A stretch of 63,464 nucleotides of DNA, the filler included. It is 6 parts of 6 records of this genome, joined end to end, with 100 filler letters (N's around TTAATTAATTAA, not from the genome) between each part and the next. Parts side by side here need not be neighbours in the genome. Positions count along the whole stretch, not along the records: positions 39,244 to 55,962 come from SRR31147125_4203; positions 56,063 to 63,464 come from SRR31147125_4304; 4 more parts are not named here. One strand, written 5' to 3'. Position 1 is the stretch's first letter, and each line of letters opens with the position of its first letter. Below the pieces are notes generated by a model. The model saw nothing but the letters and a program-made list of their open reading frames with translations. It was not told the origin of the DNA and did no database searches. Of this stretch, positions 53,092 through 63,464 are shown one piece after another. Made by a program: the position numbers and the translations under genes.

Positions 53092-55869
53092 CTATTTGCT
53101 CAGTATCATTTTCCTTGCTTCCACGATTCTTCCGTTTATTTCCAACCCGTATACATACATTCCCGAGGGAAGCATTGTTCCGTTAAAAATGATCTTGTAC
53201 TGTCCCGCATCCTGCTGTCCTTGAGTAATTTTTTGGATCTCGCGCCCGCGCATATCAAAAATACGTATGTTCACATCCGAAGTTTCTGTCAATTTGTATT
53301 CAATGGCGGTCATCGGATTAAATGGGTTGGGATAGTTTTGTTTCAACTGGACCGACATTGGTATTTCTACCTCAAGGTCGGTTCTAATATCATAGCCCAT
53401 ATATCTGAGTATCTCTCCTGCCAATGAGTATCTTCCTGATTCTGTTGTAATCACTTCAAAAGGGAAACCCATGACCATCACATTTGCAGTTGTCGAGCCA
53501 CCCGGCACCGTGCCCCTGAATCCAACAGCAGCAGTTTGATCCGTTCCATATTTAAGTAAAACTTCTGAACCACCGCTTGTATTGAGAACATCCGGGTAAT
53601 CTTCCGCATATGTGCCTTCTTCAGAACCATCTTCCGAATAGCTGAATGCAAGGAATTGAAAAGCAGTTCCGGATTGTCCGCTAACATTATAATTTCCGGC
53701 ATCATCAGAAGCATATGAAGCCTTCAGGTAATCATGGATAAAGGCTTTATCGGTAGTGCTTCCTTTATTATCCAGATCCCATGCGATCTCTGATCCGCTG
53801 ACGAAGAATTTACCTCCCTGTATCAAGTAGGCTTCCACCTTGTCCTGTTCAGTTGAGTTAAAAGTTTCATCTACCGTACTTTCATCACCGCATATCCACC
53901 AGACGTGATCGAAATCATTCAGGTTGATATCTCCAGTAATAACAGCATCATTGGCACAAGATGAATAAGGTATCGACCATCCGTCAATCGCCTTCGCCGT
54001 AGTAGAAACAAAATCATGGACAAGAAATCCATAGGAACCCGAAGCCCTGTCGAAACCGTCAACGATCAATATCTTTTCATTGATGTTTACCTGTTTCGCT
54101 GAATATACATCAGAAGCATTATAGTTTGCGCTATCTGAAGCAATATATGATGCTACAAAATAATCGTAATGATCTTGCGAAGTTTGACTAATATCAATCG
54201 TTTTTACTCCCCTGGGTACCTGTGCTTTCACCAAATATTCTTCATCTGAATTATTTTTCCCATAAATCCGATAACCTGTAAAATTGGCACTTTCATCTGC
54301 CGTCCATTTCAATGTAACACTATCAGTTTTTGTAATGACGGAAAGCAAGGTCGGTCTGGGTGCCAAGGAGTTTTGAATATTGTTATAACGAATGGGAACA
54401 TAAGTTGTAATATCACTCAAGCGCCAAGTGTAATAGCGTGCTGCCCAACCCGGTGTACCGCTGGCGGTTTCCTCGATCTGAGTTAATCTTCCATCATTGG
54501 TCCATTCCACGACCATTCTTATGTGGGATCCGGCCTTATTGGTGGCATCTGCTGGTAATAGATCATTAAATGAAGAAAGCTCAGTGCTTACAATATAAAA
54601 AGAGGCGGTTGAATAACGCCCGGAAGTCCAGCAAATGCTGACAAATCCCGAACAGTCGGCGCCGACCGAATTATTAAGATCAACAGTTGATCCGGTCGTA
54701 ATGTCGCCAGCCAATTTTCCGGCGGCAATTCCGGCATCGAATTGTGCAATGGTACTATAACCGCCCCACTGGTAGGGAATGCGTTGGTTCTGACCGATCT
54801 GTATCCAGTCGGGTGTTGTGACCAGTGTAGTAACACCAATATTAGAAGATGTTGCCGTCCAGGTATGCGTCACATATTCATCAGCGGTCACCAATGCCTC
54901 GGCTCTTGTTACCGCTCCTGCAGGTTTTGCCATAGATGGCATATCTTCAAGCTCCGGCTCAGCCATAACAAAATCATTGAAATGATATTTGTCGGTGAAT
55001 TTATCCGGATAGTTTGTTTCATGCAGATCATCACTGGACACATCCCATTTCAAGATATGGATCCCTTCTTTCGTGGAATGCATGTGATAAAGCTCGCCCT
55101 CATCCCCCACTATAAATTCTTTAAAGACGTAAGTATATTTCTGCTGTGGCAAATGTAAAACATTCAGGATATTTGCCTCATTATCTATCAAGTAAATATC
55201 GCGCTGTACTTCAAGTGGAGCGTGATTTGTGATCTTTTCAATGTAGATGTAATGAGAGTTACCCAAACGTGAACCAAGATATTCTACGCTCCCGACTTCA
55301 GGAATGTAAAGCGAGTGCATCTTACCGTCTATATCAATATTGACCGATGCGGGTAGAGATCTTGTGACCTTGACTTCCGCTGCCACGCCTTTGTTCAGTG
55401 ACTGTGGCGTACACTGAAGCTTTCCATTTTTGTGTGAGATCGAGATGCCGCCATTTATTTCCCTAAAACCATTATACATATTTTTAGGATCATCAAGCTC
55501 TGCGATCTTTCGCGACATCCCGTCTTCTCTGATATAAATATTTTGAGGATGCATGAGATACAAGTTTTCACCATCCCGGTAAAAATCAAGAATATGGATA
55601 TCTTCTAGTAGTTCAGACGCTAGCAATGCATTATTTTTAAAAGTCTTGAGTTTTTTGTTCTCGGTATCAAAAACGGTGATCGTCTCACCGTCTACCTGAA
55701 AAGATTGAGGTCCGGTGTGCAATCCCGGATATGCTACATGTTTTACTTCATTATCATTTTCACCCCAGGGGATAAACAGAACCTCTTCATATGTCATCCC
55801 GGCAAAAAGTGCTGAAAGTCCAAAAATCGTGATCAGTAACAGTTGTTTTAGCGTATTTTTCGTTTTCAT
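53092..55869 (-). CDS. Secreted multidomain protein: NlpC/P60-like domain, FN3-like domain, T9SS type A / FlgD-type CTD
   Basis: Signal peptide; IPYQWGG...GADCSGFVS..W...GSHI; VTLKW..FTGYRIY; LKQNYPNPFNPMTAIEY...SGMYVY...KMILSK. Confidence 0.75.
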   Translation of the reverse strand: MKTKNTLKQLLLITIFGLSALFAGMTYEEVLFIPWGENDNEVKHVAYPGLHTGPQSFQVDGETITVFDTENKKLKTFKNNALLASELLEDIHILDFYRDGENLYLMHPQNIYIREDGMSRKIAELDDPKNMYNGFREINGGISISHKNGKLQCTPQSLNKGVAAEVKVTRSLPASVNIDIDGKMHSLYIPEVGSVEYLGSRLGNSHYIYIEKITNHAPLEVQRDIYLIDNEANILNVLHLPQQKYTYVFKEFIVGDEGELYHMHSTKEGIHILKWDVSSDDLHETNYPDKFTDKYHFNDFVMAEPELEDMPSMAKPAGAVTRAEALVTADEYVTHTWTATSSNIGVTTLVTTPDWIQIGQNQRIPYQWGGYSTIAQFDAGIAAGKLAGDITTGSTVDLNNSVGADCSGFVSICWTSGRYSTASFYIVSTELSSFNDLLPADATNKAGSHIRMVVEWTNDGRLTQIEETASGTPGWAARYYTWRLSDITTYVPIRYNNIQNSLAPRPTLLSVITKTDSVTLKWTADESANFTGYRIYGKNNSDEEYLVKAQVPRGVKTIDISQTSQDHYDYFVASYIASDSANYNASDVYSAKQVNINEKILIVDGFDRASGSYGFLVHDFVSTTAKAIDGWSIPYSSCANDAVITGDINLNDFDHVWWICGDESTVDETFNSTEQDKVEAYLIQGGKFFVSGSEIAWDLDNKGSTTDKAFIHDYLKASYASDDAGNYNVSGQSGTAFQFLAFSYSEDGSEEGTYAEDYPDVLNTSGGSEVLLKYGTDQTAAVGFRGTVPGGSTTANVMVMGFPFEVITTESGRYSLAGEILRYMGYDIRTDLEVEIPMSVQLKQNYPNPFNPMTAIEYKLTETSDVNIRIFDMRGREIQKITQGQQDAGQYKIIFNGTMLPSGMYVYGLEINGRIVEARKMILSK

Positions 55870-55962
55870 ATCATTCCATGGTTTAGTAATTTAATACCGC
55901 ACGGGAATATACACATAAAAATCCGAGGTAAACATGAAATTGATTAGTTTATTGGGCCTTTT

Positions 55963-56062
55963 NNNNNNNNNNNNNNNNNNNNNNNNNNNNNNNNNNNNNN
56001 NNNNNNTTAATTAATTAANNNNNNNNNNNNNNNNNNNNNNNNNNNNNNNNNNNNNNNNNNNN
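55963..56062. other. Artificial contig spacer
   Basis: 44 N + ttaattaattaa + 44 N. Confidence 0.99.
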
Positions 56063-56125
56063 TTTTCAACTTATCCCTACCAAATGTAAAGAATTGAGTA
56101 TAATTACTTAAATAAGGAGAGTGAA

Positions 56126-56892
56126 ATGAAAGAAATTATAAGTGCAAAGAAAATATGCAAAACGTTTGAGACATCAAAAACTAATAAGATAAGAGTGCTT
56201 AAGGATGTGGATTTAGTTATTAAAAAGGGTGACTTTATATGTGTTATGGGAAGCCATCAGGATCAGGTAAATCTACTTTGCTGTATAACATCAGCGGAAT
56301 GGACAGAGTAACATCAGGTCAAGTTACCTTTTTAGAGAACGAAATAACATCAATGACAGATAGTGAGCTTTCTAAAGTTCGTTTAAAGGATATGGGATTC
56401 GTATTTCAGCAAAGTCATTTGTTAAAGGATTTAAACATAATTGATAATATTATATTGCCTGGTATATCTGCGAAAGATGAAAGCAAAAAAGTAATACTAG
56501 AAAGAGCAAAAAAACTAATGAAAGAGTTGGAAATAGAAAAGGTTGCCAATAATAAAATTACTGAAGCATCAGGTGGACAACTTCAAAGAGTGTCTATATG
56601 TCGTTCTCTGATTAATAAACCGGAAATACTATTTGGTGATGAGCCAACCGGAGCACTAAATTCAAAGGCAGCAGAAGATGTTATGGAGATATTTAGAGAT
56701 ATTAACAATAAAGGGACTACAATAATGCTGGTCACTCATGACCCAAAAGTAGCGGCAAAGTGCGAAAAAGTATTATTTATGAAAGATGGTGAACTTATTA
56801 CCAGTATTCAACTAGATAAATATAATGACAAGGATGATCTGAGAAGCAGAGAAGAAATTTTGAACAAATGGCTTGTCGATTTGGGGCTTTAA
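56126..56892 (+). CDS. ABC transporter ATP-binding protein (LolD/MacB/BceA family); frameshift in Walker A at about 56251-56255
   Basis: RBS aaggag; VLKDVDL...FICVMG joins SGSGKSTLL; GFVFQQ; SGGQLQRV; DEPTGALNS; VTHD. Confidence 0.88.
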
Positions 56893-57223
56893 TGTGCATA
56901 AGATATAGATATAGGTGGACTGCTGATGAGTTTGTCATACATTCCACCTAACATTACAGTGAGTGAAATCTAACATAAATCTAAAGCAATATTTGGAGTA
57001 TTATCGATTATCGACATTACTGGGGCATTAAGGCATTTGAACTTGAATTAAAGGTTATTACTAATCCTAGAGATGATTTGCCCAAATAAAAATACAAAAA
57101 TCATGCAATAAAGTATCATTTAATTACGTTTATATAGTTAACAGATAAACGACAAAATTCAGCATAATTATAATAAATTAACACAAATCAAACATATTAT
57201 TACACAAATATACAAATAACATA

Positions 57224-57252
57224 TTGAAAGTATGTTATACATATGATATAAT
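57224..57252 (+). promoter_or_regulatory. Sigma-A/70 promoter of the RHS gene
   Basis: TTGAAA (57224-57229), 17-nt spacer ending in TGn, TATAAT (57247-57252). Confidence 0.7.
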
Positions 57253-57340
57253 ACCAAAAGATACCATGTTATAAATAAACATTAATGCATATATAAAGCG
57301 TTAATATAAATATATATAAAATAATAATATGGAGTGTAGA

Positions 57341-60300
57341 ATGAAAAATATTAAAAGAATTATTGCAATGGTACTTGTATTAATTATGGTTATAACTTCT
57401 AATACAAGCATAGTAACAGTTTTAGCAGAAGAAACAGCAGAAGCGGTAAATTCAAAAGAAAAGGTTGAAATTCCATTTTGCATACCTGAAGACGCAGAAG
57501 ACAGAGATAAGCATGTAAAAAGACTTAAAGAAGACGAAAATGAATATATGGCTATCTTTGAAAATGAAGATGGAACTAAAACAGTATATTCATTTAGTAG
57601 CCCTATTCAATATAAAGACGCTAATGGCAAATTAGTAGATTATGATTCCAGATTAAAAGAAGTTAAAAACGAAGAAAAGAAAAATAATGGATATGCATAC
57701 GAAATTACATCAAGTGATGTAAGTGTTATGGTACCAGAAGATTTAGCATCAGATAAGTATATAACTCTAGAAAAAGATGAGTATAAGATTGATTTTAAGC
57801 CTTTAACAGAATCATCTAATTCAGAAAAAGTAAAAGATGAATATAAAGCAAAAGAAATTGAAATACAAAGAGATAAATCTATAAACAAAGATTTTGTGGG
57901 TGTAGAGTATTTAAGCCCAGATAGTGACAGCGTTAAATATAAATATTATGTTACAGATAGAGGAATAAAAGAAGACATTATACTAGATGAAAAGCCAGCA
58001 ACTAACATTTTGAAATATGAAATAGAACTAAAAAATGTTGAGCCAGAAGTACAAGAAGAAGGAAATATTGTATTCAATGATACAGAAACTGGAGAACTGG
58101 TAGGATCGATGTCACCATTTTTTATGTATGATTCATACGCAGGAAATGGAGATGACGAGGAAGATATGGATGGCTATAATATATCTGACGATATAAAAGT
58201 GGAAATAGAAAAAGATAAGAATAATGAAAATAAATATATAATGACAGTTTATTTAGATGAGAAATTTCTAAATAGTAAAGATACAGTATATCCAATTACT
58301 GTCGATCCTACACTTATTTTTAATGGTTACACAGATCAATATCATGATACATATGTATATTCGGGAAGAAATGCAAATTATAATAGTTCATCAGGGCTAA
58401 AAGTAGGAAAAGGTTCAGGCATATATCGTACATATATAAGATTCGCATTTCCTTCGTCATATAATCCGTATAATGTAGCTAGTGCTTCAATGCGCTTGTA
58501 TAATACTTCTTCATATACTACAGCTGCATACGTAGATGTACATAGAGTAACTGGCTATTGGCATGAAGCAACAACATGCTGGTCAGTAAGAGCAGCGTAT
58601 AGTAGTACAATAGAATATACAGCACTTGTTAATAAGGCAGGGTATTTCTGGTTTAACGTAACAAATCTAGTAAGAAACTGGTCAATGTATGATTTCTCTG
58701 GTGGACAAGAAGGTTATTCAAACAGTGGGCTTATGCTTAAAGAAAGGAATGAGTATAATAGGCTTAGAACATTTTGTTCGGAAATCTATTATCTTAATTA
58801 CCGCAGACCATATTTAACAATTACTTACTCTCAAGATAATGTGGCACCAGGAAATGTAACAAATTTAGATGCTGTGGCAAACGGAGGAGCATTAAACAGT
58901 GGAGAAGGTTCAATAACAGTAACATGGCCGCAAGCAACAGATACGGGTACACCTAATGTTTCGGGAATGGACGAGTATGAGCTTAGATTATATGAAGGAA
59001 CTGTCTCTACAGGAACACAAGTAGGTTCAACAGTGACAGTAGACCATGATGGTTCGGCAAGTTACACTCATACATTTGATAATTTAGATGATAATATAAC
59101 TTATGTGTGTACAATAAGAGCACGGGATAATGCAAATAATTTATCCGGGACTACTCAGTCTTCTGCAGTAACACTGCCAGACAGAACTGCACCGACTGCA
59201 CCAACATCATTTACAATAGATCCAGCAGATTGGACGAATAATACTACCCCTACCATAGCATGGACAGGAATTACGGATGATTCACTAGGTAATATTGATA
59301 TTGAATATACCTTAGATAGCGGAACGACGTGGATATTAAGTGATTGGGACGGATTAAGTGGAAACGGAACATTTAGTGATTCCATATTTAATGCTGATGG
59401 TGAATATAGCATACAAATACGAGGTAAGGATCCAGAAGGTAATATAGGAGATGCTAGTTCAACAGTTACATATAAAAAAGATACCACTTTGCCTACAGGT
59501 GAAATAACTAGTCCTGTATCCAATCGTATAGATGGCAATGTAGAAATAAAAGGTAATATTTCAGACGAGCTTGCTGGCTCTGGTATAGATAGTTGGAATA
59601 TAGATATTCTTGAGTTATCTAATGAATCGATGGTTTTAGAAACAGCTAGCTTACCTGCTGAAAATCAACTACTAGCTACTTGGGATACATCCAGCATACC
59701 TATAGGTAACTATACAGTAGTATTAACAGTTTGTGATAATGCTGGGAATGAGACTACAGATCAAATGACGCTTACAAAGTATACAGTAGGGTCGATTAAA
59801 GATGAAACTTTAGTAATAACTAGTCCGATAAATGGAACCGATTTTACAAACGCTTCACAAACACAAATACCAGTTACGTATACTTGGTCTGGTGGTGATG
59901 TTAATACTTTAAAGGGAAAAGTATATGTTGATGGTGTACTTGTTGCTGAAGAAACCACTCCAGGTAGTGGATCAAATATTAATATGACAGATTTCGCTGA
60001 AAGAGAAAGTCATAATATCTTTGTAATAGGTGAAGGTACTACAAATACAGAGTGCAATGAAGATATGTACGAAAGAATATTTGCAGATGATTTTAATACA
60101 ACTCCAATAGCAGTTACTGATGGTACAGTACATACTCAAGACAGGATTGTTTTAGATGATGTAAACGGTGTATACATTGGCAGTGGTAATATTATCTCCG
60201 ATTTTTCACAAAATAATATTATAGGATATGTATATAAGGTAGAACTTACAGTAAATGAAACTAATACAGCAAACACGAATATAGAATACTTTATATCTTT

Positions 60301-63300
60301 TGATGATGGTAATGAAGGCACATGGCAGTCAATAACACCAAATACCCCAATAGAAATGTTCGCAAAACCAGACCCGAATATAAAGGTTAAAGCACAGTTA
60401 AGCACTAGCAATGGATTAGAAACTCCAGAGCTTCTGGATTGGTCACTTAAAGTTAATAGTGTATACGCTGCTGATCTGAACACTTTTACAGTTAATTTAG
60501 TGGGTGTACCTACAAATTTAACAGCTACACCAAATGTTAATTATATGACATTAGTTGATTGGGATGATGATATAAACGGTGCAGGAACATTATACAATGT
60601 ATATAGGATAAAAGAAACAGATTATGATCCTAATGTACTTTCAGACGTTATAATCGCAGAAAATAGTCCTGTTGCTGAAAATGTAGATCAGACTTTCTGG
60701 TATGATTACAACCTAGAGTATGGAGAAGAATTTAGATATATTGTTACAGCAGTAAAAACAGTTGGCTCAATAGCGAGGGAAAGTGCAGCCTCTGACTATA
60801 GTGGTAAAGCTAAAATTGTTGAAGAGAATGAAATTAATAAAAATCTTGGTTTACAGGACTATTGGAGATATTCTAGCTTTAGGACAGGCAGTGGTAATGG
60901 ATATATTAACGTAGCAGGCGGAAACATGGTATATAATTCAGTGGATTCAGTGTACCCTGGTATTTTGTTTGCTATGGTAATGCGCAGAACGTATAACTCA
61001 CAAGCAACATCAAAAACAACTTTGGGTTATGGGTGGGACTTTTCATATAACACATGTTTGCTAAAATATTATGATGATAATGGTCAAGAAGAAGGAATGA
61101 TATTAAAAGATGGCGATGGAAGTCTTCATTACTTTACAGTTGATCAGGCAAATCCAGGCAACTATGATGCACCTGCTGGCGTATTTATGAAACTAAAATA
61201 TGATAGTGCGACAGAAGGATATATAATAGAGAGAAAAGATGGTATAAGCTATATATTTGATGAAAATATGAAGCTTAACAAGATGACAGAGAATGATAGA
61301 AACTATATTCAATTTGAATATGATGAATCAGGAAAGTTAAGCAGAGTATCAAACAATAGAGCAGTAGATTCAAATGGGTCAACTGATCAGGTTATATTTT
61401 TCTATTATCAAAGTGCAGATAGTAATGCATCATCCTATACAACAGATGAGGATAAAGTCGGTTTAGTTGCACAGATGATAGACCCTGCAGGACGAGTTTA
61501 TAATTATACCTATTATGATAATGGATATCTTCAGATTGCCGAATTAGATATTCCTAACGATGCTAACGATTACGAAGAAGAATATGTATATTTGAGTGGA
61601 ACGCACAAAATTACTGATATATATGATGGTGAAAACAATAGAACACAAATTGAATATACATCAGAAAAAGCAAGCAAAGTAACATTGCCAAATAGTGATT
61701 ATTATACATTATCATACGCAGAAGATGTCACAAAAAATCTATTTGACGGTACAACTGACACATTTAATACAACAACTATTACCGACAACTGGCAGCATAG
61801 TACTGAATATGCATATGAATCCAGTAATGGATGTGTAAGAATTCTAAAGAATGCATTAGGCGACGATACGGAGTATAGATATAATAACGATAGGCAGGTT
61901 GTAAAAGTAAGCTATAAAAATGAAGTAGGCATTAATTCTGTTTTAACAACTCTTAATACATTAATAGATTATAATTCCAACGGAAATATTGAAAAGATTA
62001 CTAACCCGCTTGGAAATGATACAGAGTACACTTATGATAGTATACATGTAAACGAAGTTGAGACAGTAACAACTAAGATGGATGCTGATACCGAAGTTGT
62101 AACGACAAATACATATTATAGTAATGGAGACTTAGAGACTACAAGTGTAAAGAGCGTTTTAGTAGCAAATGGTGCAGAAAACCTCTACAATACTACAACA
62201 TATACATACTATTCAACCGGTAATATCCATACTACTACATCAAGCTTAGGCTCAAAAACTGAATATTTATATTATGATGTGAATGATCCTAATCATCCTG
62301 AATATAACGGTTGGGTAAAGGAAGTTAAGCAAGAATGAATCATCTGGGACACTGACTACAGTCTCTGAAGTATTTGAATACGATACACAAGGTAATGCTG
62401 TGGTTACTGCAGATGGTGAAGACAATAGAACAAAGGTAGTTTATGATATATTGGGTAGAGCTACAACAACATATCTGCCTGATGACACAAAGACAGTCTG
62501 GACAGATAATAAATTCACAGAAACAGATTACGACATGAACCACAATGTAGTATATACAAAGGATGTCTCTTTGCAAGGTGGCGGCAGCCAAGGGTTGGAG
62601 ACACAATTTGTTTATGACAATAGGGACAGGCTTCAAAGCGCATCACAAGACCCTAATGGACTTGACTATACAAGCACAGTATCGTATAACACATATACTG
62701 GTACAGACGGAAAAACATATAGAAAAGTAATATCTACTGATTCTGAAGGAAGCAAAGCGATTGAATATTATGATGCACTAGGCAGAACAGTAAAGACTGC
62801 AATATCGGATGGAACTACTGAAATTGTTACTGCAACATATGAATATGACAGACTTGGGAATATGATATCTGTAATAGACGGTGACGGAGTAGAGGTTAAT
62901 GCAAAATATGATGAACTTAACAGACAAATTTGCACAATAGTTGACCCTAATGATAAGAATATAACAAACAGTGTGGAATATAACTACACAGGACAAGTAG
63001 TGAAATCAACAGATGGCGAAGGATATATAACAGATTATGAATACGACGCACTGGGAAGAATTAAAAAGGTTACTCAGGATCCAGATCCTGTACTTGCTGA
63101 CTCAAGTGATGATATAATTACTTCATACACATATGATGAAAGTACAACTGCTGGCGGTGCTGTAATTAAGAACACTATAACTCATTTTAATGAAGGAAGC
63201 TATTACGATAGCGAAACCTACCTAGATGCATATGGCAGATCTGTACTTGAAATTAAAAAGTCATATACTACAGGTGTTTCTGATATGCAGGTTACAAGTA

Positions 63301-63464
63301 CATACGATAACAATGGTAATTTAAAAACAATGACCCATTCAGATGGAAGCACAGATTATTATTATTATAATGAATGGGGACAGATAGAGGAAATCGGATA
63401 CGGAGAGGCTATACCTACTGGTGGTGATATAGATAACCAAACAGTATATACATATACTGATCAG
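57341..63464 (+). CDS. Giant secreted RHS/YD-repeat (WapA-like) protein with DNRLRE, FN3 and Ig-like domains; frameshift at about 62331; truncated by window edge
   Basis: RBS ggag, then ATG 57341 with a Gram-positive-type signal peptide. YPITVDPT; DNRLRE-like domain (DTYV...YRTYIRF...VTNLVRNW...RPYLTITY); D.TAP Ig/FN3 units; RRTYNS...LGYGWDF; YD repeats. After TGA 62336 the +1 frame stays open to the end with YDILGR, YDALGR, YDRLGN, YDELNR and YDNNGN repeats. Confidence 0.88.

Noticed and set aside
11304-56062. Five identical TTAATTAATTAA palindromes inside N runs
   Set aside because: Artificial six-frame-stop contig linkers. ORFs ending in them (10914..11351, 21178..21378, 21375..22688) have false stops.
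62331-62340. TGA readthrough or recoding in the RHS gene
   Set aside because: The continuation is in a different frame and the same frame hits another stop within 30 nt, so this is an indel and not readthrough.
1-63464. Apparent super-cluster of RHS, secretin, eCIS and capsule genes
   Set aside because: The modules lie on different contigs with different composition and translation signals, so adjacency across spacers is not evidence of linkage.

Overview
The window is not one locus. It is six unrelated contigs joined by 100-nt artificial spacers (44 N + TTAATTAATTAA + 44 N, giving stops in all six frames) at 11304-11403, 21327-21426, 26982-27081, 39144-39243 and 55963-56062. Taxon labels below are inferred from gene families only. 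Contig 1 (1-11303, Bacteroidota-like): a signal-peptide YD-repeat protein, a small lipocalin-like protein and a large BACON/PKD-repeat protein (missing from the ORF track, runs off the left edge), transcribed divergently from a T2SS/T4P-like secretin operon. Contig 2 (11404-21326, FCB-group-like): a Tat-exported GH109-type oxidoreductase, a nitronate monooxygenase-family protein, a small beta-barrel, and two proteins with T9SS-A/FlgD-type C-terminal domains, one behind a structured leader with a uORF. Contigs 3 (21427-26981) and 5 (39244-55962): Wzx/Wzy-type polysaccharide clusters with three Wzi-like beta-barrels, plus an NlpC/P60-like protein. Contig 4 (27082-39143): the distal half of an extracellular contractile injection system (eCIS; Afp11/12/13/14-like) followed by candidate cargo genes sharing an N-terminal leader. 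Contig 6 (56063-63464, Clostridia-like): an ABC ATPase and a giant DNRLRE/FN3/YD-repeat (RHS/WapA-like) protein. At least 11 frameshift sites, mostly 1-nt indels in short homopolymers, split genes in contigs 2-6 and look like sequencing errors. No rRNA, tRNA, CRISPR array or transposase was seen. The best leads are the YD/RHS pair plus secretin operon and the eCIS cargo genes.
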